This document shows, in pieces, positions 12,718 to 28,034 of a stretch of 64,000 bases of DNA (position 1 is its first letter; each line of letters starts with the position of its first letter). The DNA comes from the human T2T-CHM13v2.0 reference genome, Homo sapiens. The DNA is taken from NCBI RefSeq assembly GCF_009914755.1, contig NC_060932.1, one strand, 5' to 3'. The notes under the pieces were generated by a model. The model ran no database searches, was not told the origin of the DNA, and saw nothing but the letters and a program-made list of their open reading frames with translations. Position numbers and translations under genes: made by a program.

Positions 12718-15700
12718 CTGGTGAGCAATTTTTTGAAGGAATTGTGTCTTGCAAGGCCTGGATGACTGCCTGATAGTTAAGTTACAATCTGTTTTATTTA
12801 TTTCCTATTCTGTTTCCCGTCATCATAGGTAGGTACCTGTGACTAAGGAGATCTCCGGGAAACTAAATCAACTGTTTGATATAATTTACTCTATGAAATT
12901 GTTAGTTATAATATCGATAAAAAACAAATGATCAGCTGCCTGATTTTATTGGTCTTTCACAAATCATGTTATAAATGCTGCTTGATCAGTTTCATCAATG
13001 AGACCTAAACTTAGTTTTGACTAATATTTATGTTATCTGCTATGTGCTTGGTGATGTGCAGTGGAACAGGCCAAATCTGAGTTCTAGTCAAACTGCTTGT
13101 CAGAAATCACCTAAACAATGTCAATTACTGATTATTTTGTTTTCTATACAGCACAGTGTTTTTATATGTGTAGACTCAGTCAAACTAACCCCACCTCATT
13201 TTAAATTCCAACTCATGTATAGGCATTTAGGTCTTTCCACAAATAAAGGCTATGAGGGTTTCTTTCTTTCTTTTTTTTTTAAATCTTAAAAAACCTTCGA
13301 TTATATTCTTATATAATAAAGGTATAGAGGGATGATGCATTATGGGATTTGAAGTTTTTTAAGCCACTTAAGTCTACTTAACATAGTAAATGGAGATGTG
13401 TTCTTTAGGATATGCAAGTCATATTCAAGTATTTGTTGTGAAATTTTTCACTGAATTGATTTATCACCGAGTTTAGAACTAGATGGCACCTTGGAGACTT
13501 TCATGCAATTTCTCATTTTTATAGGTAAGAGTTCTCAAGGCCTAAGAGATCAACAAGTTTCCTTAAAGTCATGAAACTATGTAAGGACAAGCTGTGTACC
13601 AGGATGCAAGACTTGGAGTCCCACAGCTGCTCTCTGGCCCCTTTAGAAACATTAGTCAGTTAACCTGTGGACCTAGGGAAAAAAAACCACCAAAGCAGCT
13701 CACTGCCAGAGCTGACAGACATTGTGTGTGTGAACCTGAGGGCTCTTGCTGTGCCCTGGGTTTTAGAAGTTGGAAAGTTTAGCTGCCAGAGTAAAGCTCT
13801 TTGTTATCAGATGTCAATTAGACTGGAAATACATAATCAGAAGAGAAATAATAATCTTAAATTGAGAACTATAAAAATCTCCATATTATGTATTTGAGGT
13901 ATTATTTTGATTTAGTCTTTCATAAAGTTTTTTATTCAAGCTACCAATGATTGAGACGATTTGTTAAATTTTACTAATAATTTGCATTTTTTAACATACA
14001 AAAAATCCTTTGGAATACTATCAGTTAAAAAACAAGTTTTTTCTTTGTTGATTTGTAATCTTAGCAAGATTATACTTCAAAATGTCTTCCTAGTTATTTA
14101 TTTGGTGAACTCAATCTGATTTAAAGTAAAAAAGGTAAAAAGAAACAAAAACAGAAAACAAAGCCATTTTATCCTAGAAAGGATTAAAACAGATATTTAA
14201 AAGAACTCTGATTCTGAAAGCCCATCTGTGAAGACGACTTGTGCTACATGCAGTGCAACTCATTTTGATTAATCACAAGATATTACTAGCTCAGATTTAA
14301 TCAAAGATCAAGATTATGATCATACCCAGCATGGACTTTTATGTAGCTAGATTAACCATATCAGAGGCTTTTATTTTCCCACAATCCAACATGGTAGAAT
14401 TTCACTTTGAAAATAAAACTCAGATCTTTCAGGGGAAAGAATGTCAAAATAAATCCAAGTTATGATAGAAATAAAGGAAAGATTTTGCTTTCTCTTTTTA
14501 GAAGACAATTTATCTTAATGCTAATTTACAAAATGTATACTGTTGTTTAAATGCACATACTTAGAAATAGGAAAACAAGAAACACTGCATAGAGATGGGA
14601 ATCTTACTCATTATACTTTCTCCCATTATTTTCTTGAATGCAGGCTTTAGCAATGGAGACTTGCTTTTATGAGAAATATAAGAAAACCAAAAAAACCATT
14701 AATACAGTTAATTCCATATCCAAAGATTGAACAAGAGGAGACCACGCATGTAACTGTAGAGTAGGATCCCCAAGTTACAAACTGCCACAGCTCACATGCT
14801 ATCAATGACCCTTTCAAATTTGCAAGTGATCTAGTTCACCAAATTTCTTTTCAAAATATTAACTCTCTTCCTTGGTCTACTTATACTCTGTTTGGTTTAA
14901 TGTTGCTTGAATGTTGCATTTTGACAAAGATTTAGAAAAGCTTTTTGTCATATTCTAATTTAAAGCAACTAATTTCATCCTCTATGCTCTGTTATTTGGT
15001 CAAAAGCTGTATTCTTCATGGGGTTTCCGCCAGGGGAAAGGATAGGGCTCAGAAATCCAGGGGATATTAACTTAACATTCAGAGTTAGGGAAGCACATTA
15101 GGAAGCTATTTTATTGTTACAAAGATGAGAGGGTCATCATTTCTTACAGCTGTGTTTATTTTGGCAGCAGTAAGCTTAAGACTATTAAACACCATGTCAC
15201 AACTGTGCATATTTTCAGGAAAAAATATAGTGCTTGTTCAACTTATGACCCATTGAAGATAGATAACAGAAATCTGTCTTCATCAGTATATTTGTAAAAA
15301 TTATTTAGGGAGGAAAGACATCACCATAATGATCGAGAAAGGCCTGATGACACACAGCACAGTGCAAATACTGCTATTTGTCTCTCTCATGCTCTGTGAC
15401 TTTGAAAATGAAATACACACTGCCCATGGCTGAGTAGGGATATAGGATGCTTGTTGGGGTTGATCAAGTTTCAAAACTTAAATGAAATAGGTCCAAAAGC
15501 AATGATGGGGAGCTAACAAATACTATGTTCCCTACTCCCTCATAATCTCAAACAATATACATTTCCTCAAATCTTCTCATTACCGTTTAAAAAACTATAA
15601 GAACACATCTAAGACATCACACAAATTTGAGCTTATACAGGCTCTTGATAACTAAACCCAAGTTCTATGCAAGTACCATTGCATCAGTGCTTACAGTTTC

Positions 15701-15783
15701 TTTCATACAAGTTGTAGGGCACATCTTAAAGTGTGTGCAAAATGTCATCTACAGTCCAAAGTTATCTGGAAACAAATTTTGGA

Positions 15784-16122
15784 GACGGGGAGTGGTGGTT
15801 CATGCCTGTAATCCCAACACTTTGGGAGGCTGAGGGCAGGTCACTTGAGGCTAGGAGTTGGAGACCAGCCTGATCAACACAGTCAAACCCTTTCTCTACT
15901 AAAACTGCAAAAAATTTAGCTGGGCAGGGTAAAGCTTGCCTGTAATCCCAGCTACTCAAGAGGCTGAGGTACAAGAATCACTTAAACCCAGGAGGCAGAG
16001 GTTGCAGTGAGCCAAGATCGCACCACTGCATTCTAGTCTAGGCAACAGAGCAAGACTCTGTCTCAAATAAAATAAAATAAAATAAAATATAAAATAAAAC
16101 AAAATGAAATAAATAAAATGAA
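15784..16122 (+). mobile_element. AluJ/old AluS with (AAAAT)n tail
   Basis: Dimeric Alu body with a pentanucleotide tail at 16066-16122. Confidence 0.92.
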
Positions 16123-16363
16123 ATACTGGAGAAGAATCTAAATACATAAAATGGATGTAAAGTGTAAAGAGGTTTAAGACATTTCTCTTTAGTTAAGAAG
16201 AGGTACTCTGAAATTTAAAAGAGTAGACCAACACAGAATATTTAATTTCCCATAATATTTGAAGTTCATCTTCATGCTATACCTGTAGTTAAATAAACAT
16301 GTTAAAAACTTGACTAGTGACCTATTGCACATTTTTTCCCCTCAACATTTAAAGCCCATCGCT

Positions 16364-16685
<322 letters not shown>

Positions 16686-17552
16686 CTATACTTATCAGAG
16701 TAATTTCTTCTTTTCCACTTTTCCTGTAATCATTCTAGGCTAGGCGTTCAGGTTATTGCAATAACCTCCTAAGTAGGTGGTGAGCAACCTTTATACATGC
16801 ACACTAACTAGAAAAAATAAAATTACGTATTTATTAAAAGTGCTTAAAGATGTAATATATTTGTATTAGGTGACCGAATATATGTAACAGTGCCTTAGTT
16901 TTATTTTTTTATTTTCCTGAATTAATGAAGATTTTCTTTTTGTGTATGTGGTTAAAATTTCAGAAACTACACAACTGATATACATTACAGTATCTGATGA
17001 TAATTCTGAATGTTTGAACGACTTTTTTTTTTTGAGCAAGGCACTTTGGAAGCTGCTGTGTTTTACCGTTCTTTGACTTACTTTGGCAGCAACCTCAATG
17101 GAAAATGTAATTTGCTTCATAGTACCTCTTGGAACTGAATTCTTGAAACACTCTTTATCCCCGCACACTTCTTGGGCTCTGATGTTAGCACAAGGAAACT
17201 TAGAAATGTTCTAACAACTCTTGATAATCAAGAATTGCATGTTTGTCAGGATATCGGGAAGAGGAGTATCTCAATACAAGGCTGTGGATGGGAGATCCCA
17301 AAGGAGGAGGAGATGGAAGATGTGGCTGAGTCTAGGGAGACCAGAAGCCCCAGTGAGAGGCCTGGTGGGGACAAGGAAGCACAAGGCCACAATGTATTGC
17401 TCTGCCAGGAAATGAGGTGAGATTTACAACCAACTGGGCACATTTTAGCAATGAACGCAAAGGTGGAGGGCTATACCCAAAGATATCTGAGAAGGCACCC
17501 TGGGGAAGCCAAAGAGGACCAATAGGAACATTTGCACAACAGGACTCATCAG

Positions 17553-17964
17553 ATCAACAGAAAGGAAGTGGGGGGAAAGAGTCTTACATTTTATTAAATA
17601 GTTTTACAAAAGAGACTAGGTTTTAAACTAGAAGTGGCCAGACTATTGTCACTGGAAGTCTTCAGTGTTTTCAGTCATCACCAGAAATCAGGGCTCAAGA
17701 GAAATTTGAGTTCAGATATGAAGAAATAAAGTTACATTTCTGTACATCTGACTCATGGGGAAATTTTAAATCTGGCCCACTATCTATGTAGATCCTCAGT
17801 GTCTTCACCTGTAAAGGAGAATGTTTATACTAACCTTGGTGGTTTATCATTCAGACTGAGATAAGAGTATTTGAAAGTAGCTGACATACACAGCAGGATT
17901 AGTTTTTCCTTGCTATTCATATTTTGCAAGCAATTGCATATCTGTGGTTTTGCTTACTCATTCT
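17553..17964 (+). repeat. Local direct duplication, copy 1 (about 412 bp; includes a MIR-like part)
   Basis: Aligns by eye with 20335-20749 with about 20 differences. Confidence 0.95.
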
Positions 17965-18802
17965 CTGCCTGAACTGTTTCTTTTGTCAACTCTCTCTGCT
18001 TATCTATACCTTTCAAGGAGTTGCCCAGGTCTGAAGGCCCTCTTCATCCTTCAACACATCAGTTAAGTAAAACTGCCAAATGCCCAGATAAACACGAACT
18101 CAGTAACTTCAGATGAGCAGGCAAAAATATGCTATGCAAAGAGCTTTCTCAGAAAATGAACTATCTTTGTTTAGAAGCAAAGTTTCATTGGATGTTTGAT
18201 AATTTCGATGTGGTCCACTGGGCATGACCTGCTTTAAGAGATAATGAGATTGTTCTATACAAGAAGTGAACAAGAATGTGGGGGTTGGGACGTTAAAGAG
18301 AAAGAGAAAGAAGAAAAGAAGTGGCAGGACAGAGGAATAGTGAGACTGCATCATGGTAAGCTGGGACTCTCTAAGGAGGACAGTGACCTGGGAAAAACTT
18401 CAGGCCCAGATAGTCTCATTGGTGAATTCCATCAAACATTAACATTAATCTCTTGTAGAAAATAGAAGCAGAGGGAGCATGTCCTAACTCATTCCATGAG
18501 GCCAGCATTACCCTAATTCCAAAACCAGACAAAGACATTATAAGCATTACAAGAAAGGAAAATTGCAGACCAATACCTCTTATAAACATAGATGCACAAA
18601 TTCTCAATAAAATAATTATCAATTGAATCCAACAATGTATAATAATTATACACCATGAGCAAGTGGAATTTACGCCAGGTATGCAAGGCTGGTTCAACAT
18701 TCAAAAATGAATTAATGTAATCCATTGCACCAACAGGCTAAAGAAAAAAAATCATCTGCTCATATCAATAAAGAAAAAAATGTTTGACAAAATCCAGTAC
18801 CC

Positions 18803-20045
18803 CTTTATCTTATACTACCTACAAAAATAAACTCAAAATGGAAAAAAGACTTAAATGCAAGACCCAAAACTGTAAAACTCCTAGAAGAAAATATGAGGAA
18901 AGAGCTCCTTAATGTTGGTCTTGGTAATGATTTCATGGATATGACACCAAAAGCATGGGCAACAGAACCGAAAATAAACTGGCAAGACTAAATCAAATGG
19001 AAAAACTTCTGCATAGCAAAAGAAACAACTGACAGAGTCAAAAGAAAACCTACAGAATGGAAGAAAATATTTGTGAACCACATATTTGATAAAAGGTTAA
19101 TGTTTTGAAAAATAAGGAACTCCTAAAACTCAACAGTAAAAATCCTAATAACCCAATTAAAAAATGGGCTAAGGACTTAAACAGATATTTCTCTAAAGAA
19201 GACATGTAAGTAGCCAACAGGTATTGAAAAAATGCCAATGTCACTAATGATCAGGGAAATGCAAATTAAATTCACAATGAGATAGCACCTCATACCTGTC
19301 AGGATGACTATTATCCAAAAAACAAAGACAACAAGTGTTGCTAAGGATGTGGAGAAGTGAGAACCCTTGTACACTATTGGTGGGACTCCAAAATGGTGCA
19401 GCTGCTATGAAGAACAGTATGAAGCTTCTTCAAGAAATTAAAAATAGAATTACCATATGATCTAGTAATTATATAATCCACTTCTGGATATTTATCGAAA
19501 AGAATGAAATCAGGATCTGGAAGAAATATTAGCATTCTAGTGTTCTTGAAGGGCTATTCACAATAGCTAACATGTGGAACCAACCTAAATGTCCACTGAC
19601 ACATGAATGGATAAGGAAAATTTGGTATAAACATACAATGCAATACTATCCAGCCTTAAAAAAGGAAATTCTGCAATATGAAGCAACACAGATAAACGCG
19701 GAGGACATTATCCTAAATGAAATAAGCCAAGTACAGAAAACAAACACTACATGATTCCACTTATGTGAGATATCTACGATAGCCAATTTCATAAAACAAA
19801 GAGTGAAATTGTTGTTACTAGGGGCTGGGGAGAGGGAGGAAATGGGGAGTTTCTAATCAGCAGGTATAAAGTTTCAGTTAAGCAAGATGAATTAGCTCTA
19901 GAGAGCTGCTGCTGTACAACATTGTATGTATAGTCAACAGTAATGTACTGTACACCTCAAAATTTATTAAGAGTAGATCTCATGTTAAGTGTTCCTACCA
20001 CAATAAAATAAACAAAAAATCTTAAGGGATCAACCAATGTAAAAA
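18803..20045 (+). mobile_element. 5'-truncated L1MA/L1MB element nested in the older L1M; TSD aaaatccag(t/c)accc at 18789-18802 and 20046-20059
   Basis: ORF2 C-terminus plus 3' UTR ending gtagatctcatgttaagtgttcctaccacaataaaataa, with a flanking 14-bp direct repeat. Confidence 0.85.
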
Positions 20046-20334
20046 AAAATCCAGCACCCATTCATGATAAAACTCCTAGCACAATAGAAACAGAGGTGAA
20101 CTTCCTCTACTTCATAAGTAACATCTACAAAAAAATCTACAGCTTACATCATACTTATTGGTGAGAAAGTAGGTGCTTTCCCATTAAGATCAGAAACAAG
20201 GCAATAATGTCCCTCTCATCACTGCTATCCAATATCATTCTGGAAGTCCTAGCTAATGCAGTAAGATAGAAAATGAAATTTAAAAATATACAAATGGAGA
20301 AGAAAGAAAGGAAGATGAAAAGAAAAGAACTGCC

Positions 20335-20749
20335 ATCGACAGAAAGGAAGGGGGGCGGGGAGAGAGTCTTAAATTTTATTAAATAGTTTTACAAAAGGGA
20401 CTAGGTTTTAAACCAGAAGTGACCAGACTATTGTCACTGGAAGTCTTCAGTGTTTTCAGTCATCACCAGAAATCAGGGCTCAAGAGAAATTTGAGTTCAG
20501 ATATGAAGAAATAAATTTACATTTCTGCACATTTGACTCATGGGGAAATTTTAAATCCGGTACACTATCTATGTAGATCCTCAGTGTCTTCACCTGTAAA
20601 GGAGAATGTTGATACCAACCTTGGTGGTTTATCATTCAGACTGAGATAAGAGTATTTGAAAGTAGCTGATATACACAGCAGGATTAGTTTTTCCCTGCTA
20701 TTCATATTTTGTAAGCAATTGCACATCTGTGGTTTTGCTTACTCATTCT
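20335..20749 (+). repeat. Local direct duplication, copy 2, embedded in an L1M ORF2 fragment
   Basis: Near-identical to 17553-17964. L1 sequence resumes immediately after it (tgtctacatagaaaatc). Confidence 0.95.
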
Positions 20750-21702
20750 TTGTCTACATAGAAAATCTCAAAGAATCAGTAACAACAAAATTTTAGACCT
20801 AATGAAGTACTACAGTAAAGTTGCAAGGTACAAGATTAATATACAAAAGTCAATTGCTTTGTTATATAACTGCAATGAACAATTGGTATTTGAAATTAGA
20901 AACACAATACTACTTACATTAATCAAAACAAAATATACAAAGTTAACTTAGTGAAAAAATTTATTCTTAGGTATAAATCCAACAAAATATGTATAAAATC
21001 TATATAAAGAAAACTATACAACTCTGATTAAAAATCAAAGAAGATCTGAAATAGAGAGATATTCTATGCACATGGATAGGAAGAGTCAATATTGTCAAGT
21101 CAGTTCTCAACTTGATTTACAGATTCAATGCAATCCCAATCAAAATTCTAGTAAGATGTTTTATGGATATCAACAAACTGATTCTGAAGTTTATATGGAA
21201 AGGCAAAAGACAATATTGAAGGAGAAGAACAAAGTGGAAAGACTTATACTACCTGATGTTAAGACTTAATATAAAACCATAAGAAACAAGAGAGTGTGGT
21301 ATTGATGAAAGAATAGACAAACATATTAATGGAACAGAACAGAGAGCCTAGAAATTGACCCACACAAATATAGACAACTGATTTTTACAAAGTAGTTGCA
21401 AAATGCAAAGAGAAAAGTCTGGTATATGTTACTTTAAGATGTTAGTAGTCATTAATCTCAGGTGGTGAGATTACAAAGGTTTGATCTTTGATATCTTTTG
21501 ATTTGCACATGACATAAGCATACTGCTTTTGAAGAGTAGTTGTCATTTATTTTGTAGAATGGCCCTCCATTTGGGTTGGGTTGTCTGATATTTTTCATGG
21601 TTAGATTGAGGTATTAATAATAACATTTTGAGAAATAATTCTACAGAAGTGATATGTCCTTTTAGGTGCATATTTTTAAATAATAAAGAAATGCTATTTT
21701 GG

Positions 21703-22139
<437 letters not shown>

Positions 22140-25100
22140 TCAACATTCCTAAGTCAATTAAGTGGAGAATCAGCCTGAAATTCACCATGAGGACAAGCAG
22201 AACCTACCTGAACTGTACTCCAAAAATGAAGAGTAGACACTGAGGTTTAGCTGCTCTAACTGTACAAAGTATGGACACACAGTGCAACCTAAGGATACCC
22301 CATTACTTTCACCAGTGTCCAGGTGACATGCAAATGAGGCAGGCAGAATCGGTTCCTTTGACAACCTCAGCAGGGAGAAAGGCTTTTCACAGTTGCAGTG
22401 CAGCTGTTGGACTTGACAACTGAAGGTCCTGATGGTCTCTTCAAGGTTCTACTCGAAGCAAGAAACATGTGACACACAGCACACAGTGTCTACTTCCTTG
22501 CCAAACTCAAGAGTATCTCACGGGTACAGTTAGGAATTAGGTCAATTTTCCCCTTGTTGAGTAAAGTTATCTGCTTAATATTTGTTTACTGCAAGAATCA
22601 GACTGATGTAATCTCTTCTCAGGATGAACATTAATCCAACTCTGTCTAGAAAAATTATGCAATTCATTACCCCAAGTAATCTCTATTGTCCCCTGTGCTT
22701 AACCTTCATTTTTTCCCCAGTCCTATAATCTTGCAAATCTACTGGTGGTATGTGATTGACATCTGGTGTTCACACACCCTCTGCTTCACAGCAAATAAAT
22801 GAAAAATTCCTGTATAAAATGTCACTTCCAGGCTATCAATAATGCAGCTCTCTGTTCTTTGGTAACTTCTGCACCAGTCTAGAAAGGTCTGTTATCTTTA
22901 GTCTAGTGACCACTCTAGAACGGTCTGTAAGAATAAAGAAGCCTCTTACTCTGAAACGTTTTGACTCTATCAGGATAGCATTTGACTTAAAACTTGATTT
23001 AATTTTCCTGCAAAGATATTCACTGTTCAAGCACTTTTAATCAAAGCTTTACATATAATGGCAATGTAAAAGCAAGTAATGCTGAATAGTCACATATTTC
23101 TCCATGGAATTTCTCAGGTGAATTCAGAGCAAAATCAACATGAATATGATGAAATGTATTTTCACCCTCCAGAGCATAACTCTTCAAGCCATATACCAGC
23201 TGAATCTTTAGCTGTCAGTTCATCTATGTAATTTTGTGATCCAAATAAAGCTTTGTCTGTAGAATGTGCCTTGTAAACTCGATTCTATTAGCAGAATTAT
23301 ATTAATACTAATGCCTTGATCAAGTGAGTGATTTGTAAGTGCTTCTTTGTATCGATGTAAGATTTCAACCAGAGAAGTCTAGAACTTTGTTGTTGTTGTT
23401 GTTTCTAATCTGGGAGGGGTGCTTAGGTTTGCACCATGGAAATAATGTCAAGGTAGAGTTTTAAAACTATCATTTAAAACTTAATTGAGTTTCGAGCAGG
23501 CCCCACAAACGATGAATGACCACACCACTCAAGTGCCTTTCTCTATTAACTTAACCCTGGATTAGCAGGGTTCTAGGGTTCTAACCCTCATCCTTTCTCA
23601 TGTGCATGACTGCAATAGCCTCCTGGCTAATGTCACTACCCAGAACGAGGGTGCTGTAGTCTCACTGTGTGGCTCAGCTCCCAGGCTCTGCCAACTCCTA
23701 CCTTGGTAACTTTGGTCCATTTAATTATATTTGCCTCCGGTTCCTCATTTGTAAAATGAATACCCTATGGTATTTTCCTTATGTGAGAATTTAATAAATT
23801 GATGAATATAAAAAACTGAACACAATGACTCACACAGTAAGCATCAAAAATGTTAGTTACTATTATTGTTATTATTTATTATATTATCTCTGTACCAATA
23901 CCTGGGATCATCTAAAATACAAATCTAATCATGGCTCTCTCCTGACCCTTTTTTCCTGAACATTTTCAATAAAGTACTAATTTTAAAGATTTTTTCATTC
24001 ACTTGACCACTTTCTTTATTTGCCTAATTTAGATTTTATTTTAGGGCTGCCATATATGATATGCTGGTCACAGATGAGGCACCAGAATAACCTGCCTGCT
24101 CTGAAAGAAACTCTAACATTCTAGGCTTTGTATTCTCTAAGCAAACAAACTCAGGGGAACAGAAGTGGCTCTGAAGTGCACTGGATCTTAGGAGAAAGCC
24201 AGTCAAAAATGTTTCAACGGCCTAGACAATCTGAAAGGGGGAAGTCGATTCATAACTGAAGTTATTTCAGCCCCTTAATTAAAATAGAAAACCATGCAAC
24301 TAAATTTGTAATTTCTGAGATGATCAGTTGTTAATTTACTTTACAGATGGGATTTGATTGGACTCCATGGAAGAGATATCAATTCCATTAACTCATAATT
24401 TCTTTCATTTGATTTTGAAATGTTTAATAAAAAATTAGAACCCACAGTTTTGTGGAAACTAAATTATTACAGAGGACTAGCCCAGAAAGCCTTGGTAATG
24501 ACAATATACAGATCAATGAGAATGATGTATAAATGCATAGTCAAGTTAACAAATGACGTTTTATCAACCCCTGTCAATGGAGAAACAAAGTTCCAAATTC
24601 TGCAGATCAACACCAAAATAATCAAGCACAGCTTATCACAATCACAGAAAAGACATTTCAAGGATACTCTAGTTTACTGAAGTGGGAAGATAATGAAAAG
24701 CCTGAGGCCCCATATGCTATACCTGCTTCATAATATGTTAACTCATGCCCATATTTTAATATTGGATAAACTATTAACATAGCAAAAACTAATAATATCT
24801 CTACACAGCACACGGTGCTGAGAAGGGCAGTGTTTTGGTGTTGTCATGAGCTACAGGGCTTTACAACTGGGAAAATAACATTCTTTTCCAAAGATCAGTT
24901 CCTGACTTTGGTGATTTTAAGTCACTGCATGAATAGTGTATGATTACTTCAGGAAATCCATCATCACCAGTATTAGAACATGGGACATAGAAGGCACAGC
25001 ATCATATTTATATACAGAAATCATTATAGTTTGCAAATTGTCAAATTCTATTATAGATAACCTCTTACATATTTTAGACATCTTAATTCTTGCAGTGTCC

Positions 25101-26234
25101 TTTGCTTAGGCTACCCCATCTTGTCTGTACCCTCCCACATGTTTTGTGAAATAAACTTTCAATGTTTACACCATTTTCATTATTTAGATAGCGTTCAATT
25201 GCTTTGTTTTTGCATGTGCCTCATTTCTATGTACTCATCACTAATTCTTATCAATTTCCTTCAGTGCTCTCTAAATTCTCAATATGGTCAGACATATGGT
25301 CCTGTAATTTTCATATAGCTCCTCTCCTATTTTCCATCACTTTATCTTTTGCTCCACTTACTGACAGATTTTCCTGACTTTATCCCTTTCATAGATTATT
25401 TTATTTCTACTTTTAGATTTCTAATTTCCCAAAGTTCTCTTATACTCTCCGATTATACCTTATGAAAACTGCATGTCATTCTTGATTCATAAATGCAATT
25501 TCTACTCTTATTTTTCTAAGACTATTAAACATAGTTTCTTGGGATTTTTTTTTTCATGTTCCTTGAATTGTCTATTTTCTCCAAGTCTCTTTGTTTCAGT
25601 TTTTAAAGTTATGCTTTCTCTTTTTCATGATGGCGACTTTCCTCACTAGCTCCAGATCCTTAGCATCCATTCATATTTGCAATAAGGCTGTGTGTGTGTT
25701 TGCAGGGCTGGTGGACTTTCTTCCATGGTGGCTGGAAGGGAATCTTGTTTTGATGAGCTACCTCTCTTTTGTAGTTAAATGAATGAGATTTTGTTTATGT
25801 TAATTTTGCTTTGAGGACTTTGAAATAGAGCATGGTATACAAATATACAGTAGTATATTTCCTACAAAGAGTTAACATTAACCAATTTTGAATTTTTCTT
25901 TATAGTTTTTTGGAGACTGTTGCTGAAGTCATTTGGAGTAACATTTGTAGGTAGAATATTTTTGAGTTTATTTCCATTTGTGGAGATAAGAATAGACAGA
26001 AGATATCAGGCCAGGTTGGCATTAGAAGTCAGGAATGAAGGAAAGATGATGTCCTCTATAGTTATACAAGTTGTTAGTTACAATTCCAGGGTGGAGTAAG
26101 GGATTTTATTATTTCACTGTGTTGTTCCCAAAACTACTCCAACACTCGCGTAAGTGATACTAATTTGTTTCAGGGGCTGGGAGGATTAGGAATAACTGGC
26201 AGAGAGAACCTAGGGCAAAGAAATATGCTACTTT

Positions 26235-26272
26235 TGTGTATGTGTGTGTGTGTGTGTGCCTGTGTGTGTGCA
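26235..26272. repeat. (TG)n microsatellite, imperfect
   Basis: Direct reading. Confidence 0.9.
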
Positions 26273-26844
26273 TGAACATGTATATGTATTTTAAATTGGG
26301 ACCTAGAAAAAGTGATGCCAAGGTCAGTAACTCATTAATTCCTTCCACAAACCACCCTTTAGAAGGCAGATGTCTTAACTCACAGTAGAATAGGAAGCAT
26401 TAAAAACAAGGGTTCTAGTGTCTCTCTCTCCTTCTGGTTCCTCAGATACTTCCTCTTCTCTCCTCAGAAATAGCTGGATTTTCACAGACTTTTATACATC
26501 TATAGAAGGTGTTTTTTTTCCTTCTCTATAAATAGGACACAAACTAAGAAAACAGAAGCTACTGTTAGATTTGTAAAAAAAAAAATTTACCATTTTGATA
26601 GCTTACAGATAAGTCCTCAAAATACTCTTAATTATTGTCAATGAACATTTAAAAATTATTCTGTTTCTTGTCCAACGTTAAAAATTCCACTCAGTTATTG
26701 CAACAGGATTTTACTTCAAAGCATTGGTATGAAAGAATTAAGTAGTGTATATATATTGAAATATATAGATGCTGATGGCAGGGAAAGTCCCCTAAAACTT
26801 AGGGGTGAACATATAGAGAAGCCTTATAACTATAGGGAGACAAA

Positions 26845-27722
26845 CAATCTGATTTAAAAAATGGGCAAGAGGTTTGAATAAACATTTCACCAAAAAGATA
26901 GACATAGGCACATGAAAAGATGTTCAACATCACAAGTCTTTAGATATATGCAAATTATAAACTAAAATGAGATACTACTATACACCCACCACAGTGGCTA
27001 AAATAAAAAAAAGAATGACTATTATCAGGTGTTAGCAAGGATGAGGAGAAACTGGAACTCTCATACAGGGCTGGCGGGAATATAAAATAGTACAGTTACC
27101 TGGAAAAGAGTAGCAGTTTCTTATAATCTTTAACACACATAAAATATGTGACCTAACAATTCCACTTCTAATTATCTCTACCCAAGAGAAACAAAAACAC
27201 ATGTCCATACAAAGACTTATATGTGAATGTTCATAGGAGTATTAATCATAATAGTCAAAATTTAGAAATAATTCATATGTCTATTGATTAGTGAATGGGT
27301 AAACAAAATGTGGTGTATCTACACAATGGAATAATATTTAGTTTATAGAATAAAAGAAATGAACTGGAAAAGAAAAGAAATGGAATAAAAGAAAAAAGAA
27401 CAAATCACTGATCCATGCAACAACATTGATTAAACCCCCAAAAGCATTATGCTAAGACAAAGAAACCAGACACCTGATTCCATTTATATGAAATTTTTTG
27501 AAAAGATAAAAATAGAGGCAAAAGGCAGATCAGCATTCCCTTGGGGTTGAGGGTAGGAGCAGGGATTAAATGGCAACAAGCTTAAGGAAATTTTGGGTGC
27601 TGATGGAAGTGTTCTAAACCGGATTGTGGTGATGGCTGCAAAACTATCAGTTAACTAAAATTTGCCTAATTGTACACTTAAAATGGATACATTTCATGGT
27701 ATATAAATTATATCTCAACAAA
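26845..27722 (+). mobile_element. L1ME/L1MB-like 3' fragment
   Basis: aaaatgggcaagaggtttgaataaacatttcaccaaa...gaaactggaactctcatac...gattgtggtgatggctgca...gtacacttaaaatgg...tataaattatatctcaa. Confidence 0.85.
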
Positions 27723-28034
27723 CCTCATGAAAAAATGAGACTAAGATTAATTTCATATTTCAGTTATCAGACAAGTTTCTGAATGAAATATATCACTGCA
27801 AATAGTATATTTAAATTTCTATCATTAGGTAAAGAAAGCAAGGGCCTATCTACAGAACTTAAATGTTAGGTTTAAGCTTAGATATTGTTGGCAATTTTTG
27901 TACCATATCTGTATATAAAGAAACATTTTTATCTTTGTATTTTCCAAGCCGAACTCTCTCCTTTAATGATTTTGCTGAACAATCCATATGACTTCTGCAA
28001 AATTCCATAAATAGAACAGGGTCCTGAAACTAAA

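Larger units (their letters stand above)
18395..21395 (+). mobile_element. Old L1M (L1MC/MD-like) ORF2 fragment, interrupted twice
   Basis: caggcccagatag...ggtgaattccatcaaacatt, atgcaaggctggttcaacatt, ctggaagtcctagc and agattcaatgcaatcccaatcaaaatt are collinear degenerate ORF2 segments. Confidence 0.85.

Noticed and set aside
17172-17626. Cluster of overlapping ORFs in slightly GC-richer sequence
   Set aside because: No recognisable domain or convincing splice-bounded exon; probably chance frames or old repeat sequence.
23551-23588. Telomere-like words (taaccct, tagggtt) forming small inverted repeats
   Set aside because: Only isolated degenerate units; too short to call an interstitial telomeric sequence.
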